Shown here: positions 61,296 through 64,000 of the stretch, piece after piece | How the letters are laid out: the number at the start of each line of letters is the position of its first letter | Numbering within the stretch: the first letter of the stretch is position 1 | NCBI RefSeq assembly: GCF_037042905.1 | Contig: NC_087250.1 | Coordinates: forward strand, 18,850,001-18,914,000 | Origin: Lytechinus pictus | Taxonomy: Eukaryota | Direction of reading: 5' to 3' | DNA: 64,000 nucleotides | Program-made: the position numbers and the translations under genes | Notes under the pieces: generated by a model | What the model was told of the DNA's origin: nothing | What the model saw: the letters and a program-made list of their open reading frames with translations, nothing else | Databases searched by the model: none

Positions 61296-61828
61296 AATTA
61301 GTTGGTGAATTAAAGTTTGCATTGCAGTTGGAACAAATACGATCGATGGCATACATGTATATTTCAAAGTCTGATTTGATTTCCAGATAATACACGACCA
61401 TGTTTTTCTATAGATATTGGAAACCACTTCGCCATTTTTCATGATTCATCTGGCAGGATTTTGAGAGCTTTTATTTCTACAACAAGTGGAAAGAGGGGGG
61501 GCCGTTGGCAGAATCAATATATTATTTTGATAAAATTGACTCTGATACAGTATTCACTGATATATTTTTCATTTGTACATAATCTACCTGTAAATCGATC
61601 TTGCTTCATCATCAGTGGATTGGGATGCCTCTTAAATGATTTCCAGGTTATTATTTTCAATTACAACTAGATTGAAACCATTATCAGGACAGAATGAGGC
61701 TTTTGTTCAATCTAAAAAAAATGTTTGCAAACAGGCAAAAAATTATTTTTTATTTTTAGGGACTAATTTTCACAAATTACTTTTCACAAATTTCTGCCTA
61801 AACCTACAACATTGGATGAAAGGTTTAA

Positions 61829-62222
61829 AGGTAAATGCTAGTTTTGGTAACGATATCAAAATGAGTTCGTACAGAATCCAATGAAATGACCACCAAAGTG
61901 TCTGTTTGTATAAATAAAACGCATGTGCCAAAGGATTCTGGAAGAAATTGTGTAATTGCTGAGAAATCAGCAAATAAGCACAGGATTCGGGTAGAGCGTC
62001 GGGCCCGACGCTCAAAGCAATAATTATACACTGTCCCACGTGCGCTTATCTGTGTTGGGGAAGTTCAGTCTGAACATTTTTCAGCGTAGATTTCCAGATT
62101 TCACAAAGTTCAGTTTATTTAACTGTCCAGATCTAGATCCTCGATGATATACTGACAATTAAGCCTGGTTTTACAGACTTTCTCATGAAATCAGTGTTTA
62201 CTGCAACTACTGGAATTTCTCT
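61829..62222. mobile_element. Kolobok-type MITE, inverted copy of 60645-61038
   Basis: TTAA TSD; reverse-complement similarity along its length. Confidence 0.85.
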
Positions 62223-62446
62223 TTAACAGTGGAATGAATGGGGATTTCCAAAGTTCGAATTTTTAGTTTCCAGGGCTTTTTTTAGGGCTAAATCCCCACC
62301 CCACCCCCATGTAATATTTCCCCATTTTGCAAATCACTTTGATCCTTCATTCATGTGAAAAAAAATCATCAAATTTTCAACCAGCATAAAGACTTAAATT
62401 ATATTCCTAGAAATCTTCAAACTTATTTGATCTCACAGTTACTTAA

Positions 62447-63042
62447 AGGACAAGTCCACCCCAACCAAAAATTGATTTGAATAAAAAGAGAAAAATCCAA
62501 CAAGCATAACACTGAAAATTTCATCAAAATCGGATGTAAAATAAGAAAGTTATGACATTTTAAAGTTTCGCTTAATTTCACAAAACATTTATATGCACAT
62601 CCTGGTCGGTATGCAAATGAGGAGACTGATGATGTCATCCACTCACTATTTCTTTTGTATTTTATTATATGAAATATTCTAATTTTCTCCTCATTGCCAA
62701 GTGAAACAACGATTAATTCCTTCCTAAACACGTGGAATTAGCATTGTTTAATATTATATGGTTCAGTCAAGTTGGTCTGTATTGTCAAATTTGTAAAACA
62801 TGAAATATTGTATAATTCAAACAATAAAAAACAAAAGAAATAGTGAGTGATGGACATCATCGACTGACTCATTTGCATGTCACTGAGTTGTGCATATCAC
62901 TGTTTTGTAAAAAATAAGGGAAACTTTAAAATGCCATAACTTTCTTATTTTACATCTGATTTTGATGAAATTTTCAGCGTTTTGCAAGTCTGATTTTTCT
63001 CTATTTATTCAAATCAACATTTTTCTGGGGTGGACTTGACCT
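62447..63042. mobile_element. Kolobok-type MITE (46180 family)
   Basis: Perfect TTAA TSDs, long TIRs. Confidence 0.88.
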
Positions 63043-63745
63043 TTAAAAGATGCACTTAATGTGATACCTAAAGCATTTATTTTTTTACCAAGGTCAACTT
63101 TATAACTGATGAGACGAAATCACAGATTAAGTCTAACTCAATAGGGTGTTTATTTGATTTTGGTTAATTAGTTTCAATGGTTGTCTGTGTAAAGAGTTGT
63201 TATGATGCATTCCTGTCCCTCTTTGCTTAGGTGACCATGTGGGAAGTCATTTCCCCACCCACAATGAAGTGCACCGGTCCGTGGTAGATGCCTTTGTCCC
63301 ATGTCAAGGATAGCTGTGGGTGGAAGGTTCCATTAGACAATACGGGGGTCATGGTTGAGGGGTTATGGATAGCAAGTTATCTGATGGGGCTTTTTTTTAT
63401 TTTGTTATCAACTTAGCAACTTGGGCGAAATAAAAATTACTGCTTTATTTAATTGTTAGTAGTGCATGAAGGCGGAAATATATTAGCCTACATGTTGTTG
63501 CATGTCTTTATGAAGCCACTGCTCCCAAAACACCACGAGTTCAGATCTGACACAAAATGTTTTTATTAATACGAGGACATGGTAAAAAAATGAGCCAGTT
63601 GGTACAAAGAGGCTCACTTCTGTAATATAATGATCTTTTTTTTATTGATAATGAATATATGGAATATATAATGGGAACATATTTAAAATGTATTTGTTTT
63701 TAATTGACATGACACGAAATCATTATTAGAGGAGATATACCCCTG

Positions 63746-63916
63746 GGGGCCGTTTCATAAAGCTGTTTGTAAGTTGAGAGCGACTTTAAGAATGACTGGT
63801 GAACCTTTCTTACGCGCTTAACCATTGCCAATGAATATACCATTTTCCACAAGAAAAGATAACCAGTCGTTCTTAAAGTTGTTCTTAACTTACGAACAGC
63901 TTTATGAAACACCCAC
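63746..63916. mobile_element. Harbinger-type MITE with CWG flanks
   Basis: GGGGCCGTTTCATAAAGCTGTT / AACAGCTTTATGAAAC. Confidence 0.7.
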
Positions 63917-64000
63917 CAGTTTCGAAGCATAAAAAACCTAATAAAATCACCCCAGTTATTTAAGTATCTAAACATGTGTTTCTTGACCTTGATGGGTCCG

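Noticed and set aside
63105..63125. CTGATGAGACGAAA hammerhead-like core
   Set aside because: No room for stem II and no supporting stems.

Overview
This is AT-rich, repeat-dense eukaryotic (metazoan) genomic DNA. The intron-rich gene structure and repeat style suggest a marine deuterostome, probably a sea urchin (inference). Two genes are supported, both on the + strand. (1) An NHL-repeat beta-propeller protein whose coding sequence lies in one exon (ATG 3222 to stop 4055, 277 aa, behind a splice acceptor at 3200). (2) TGFBRAP1 (the Vps3-type CORVET subunit of the Vps39/TRAP1 family), with a probable 5'UTR exon ending at 8148 and 17 coding exons from 9659 to 33588. All junctions are GT-AG and phase-consistent, giving 603 codons. 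I could not find the C-terminal ~250 aa in the remaining 30.4 kb, implying a giant intron. The rest is non-autonomous DNA transposons (hAT-, Harbinger-, Kolobok-, Sola-, MULE- and Helentron-type by TIR/TSD signature), tRNA-derived SINEs, LINE remnants, and micro- and minisatellites. Almost all other ORF-track calls are low-complexity or repeat artefacts. I see no novel multi-gene system. The most unusual signals are three degenerate 'echo' duplications of TGFBRAP1 exon fragments next to their parent exons (one creates an in-frame poison acceptor), a degenerate minimal hammerhead-ribozyme-like motif with a competing hairpin, the giant intron with enhancer-like motifs, a perfect 105-bp palindrome, and a triple-nested MITE.
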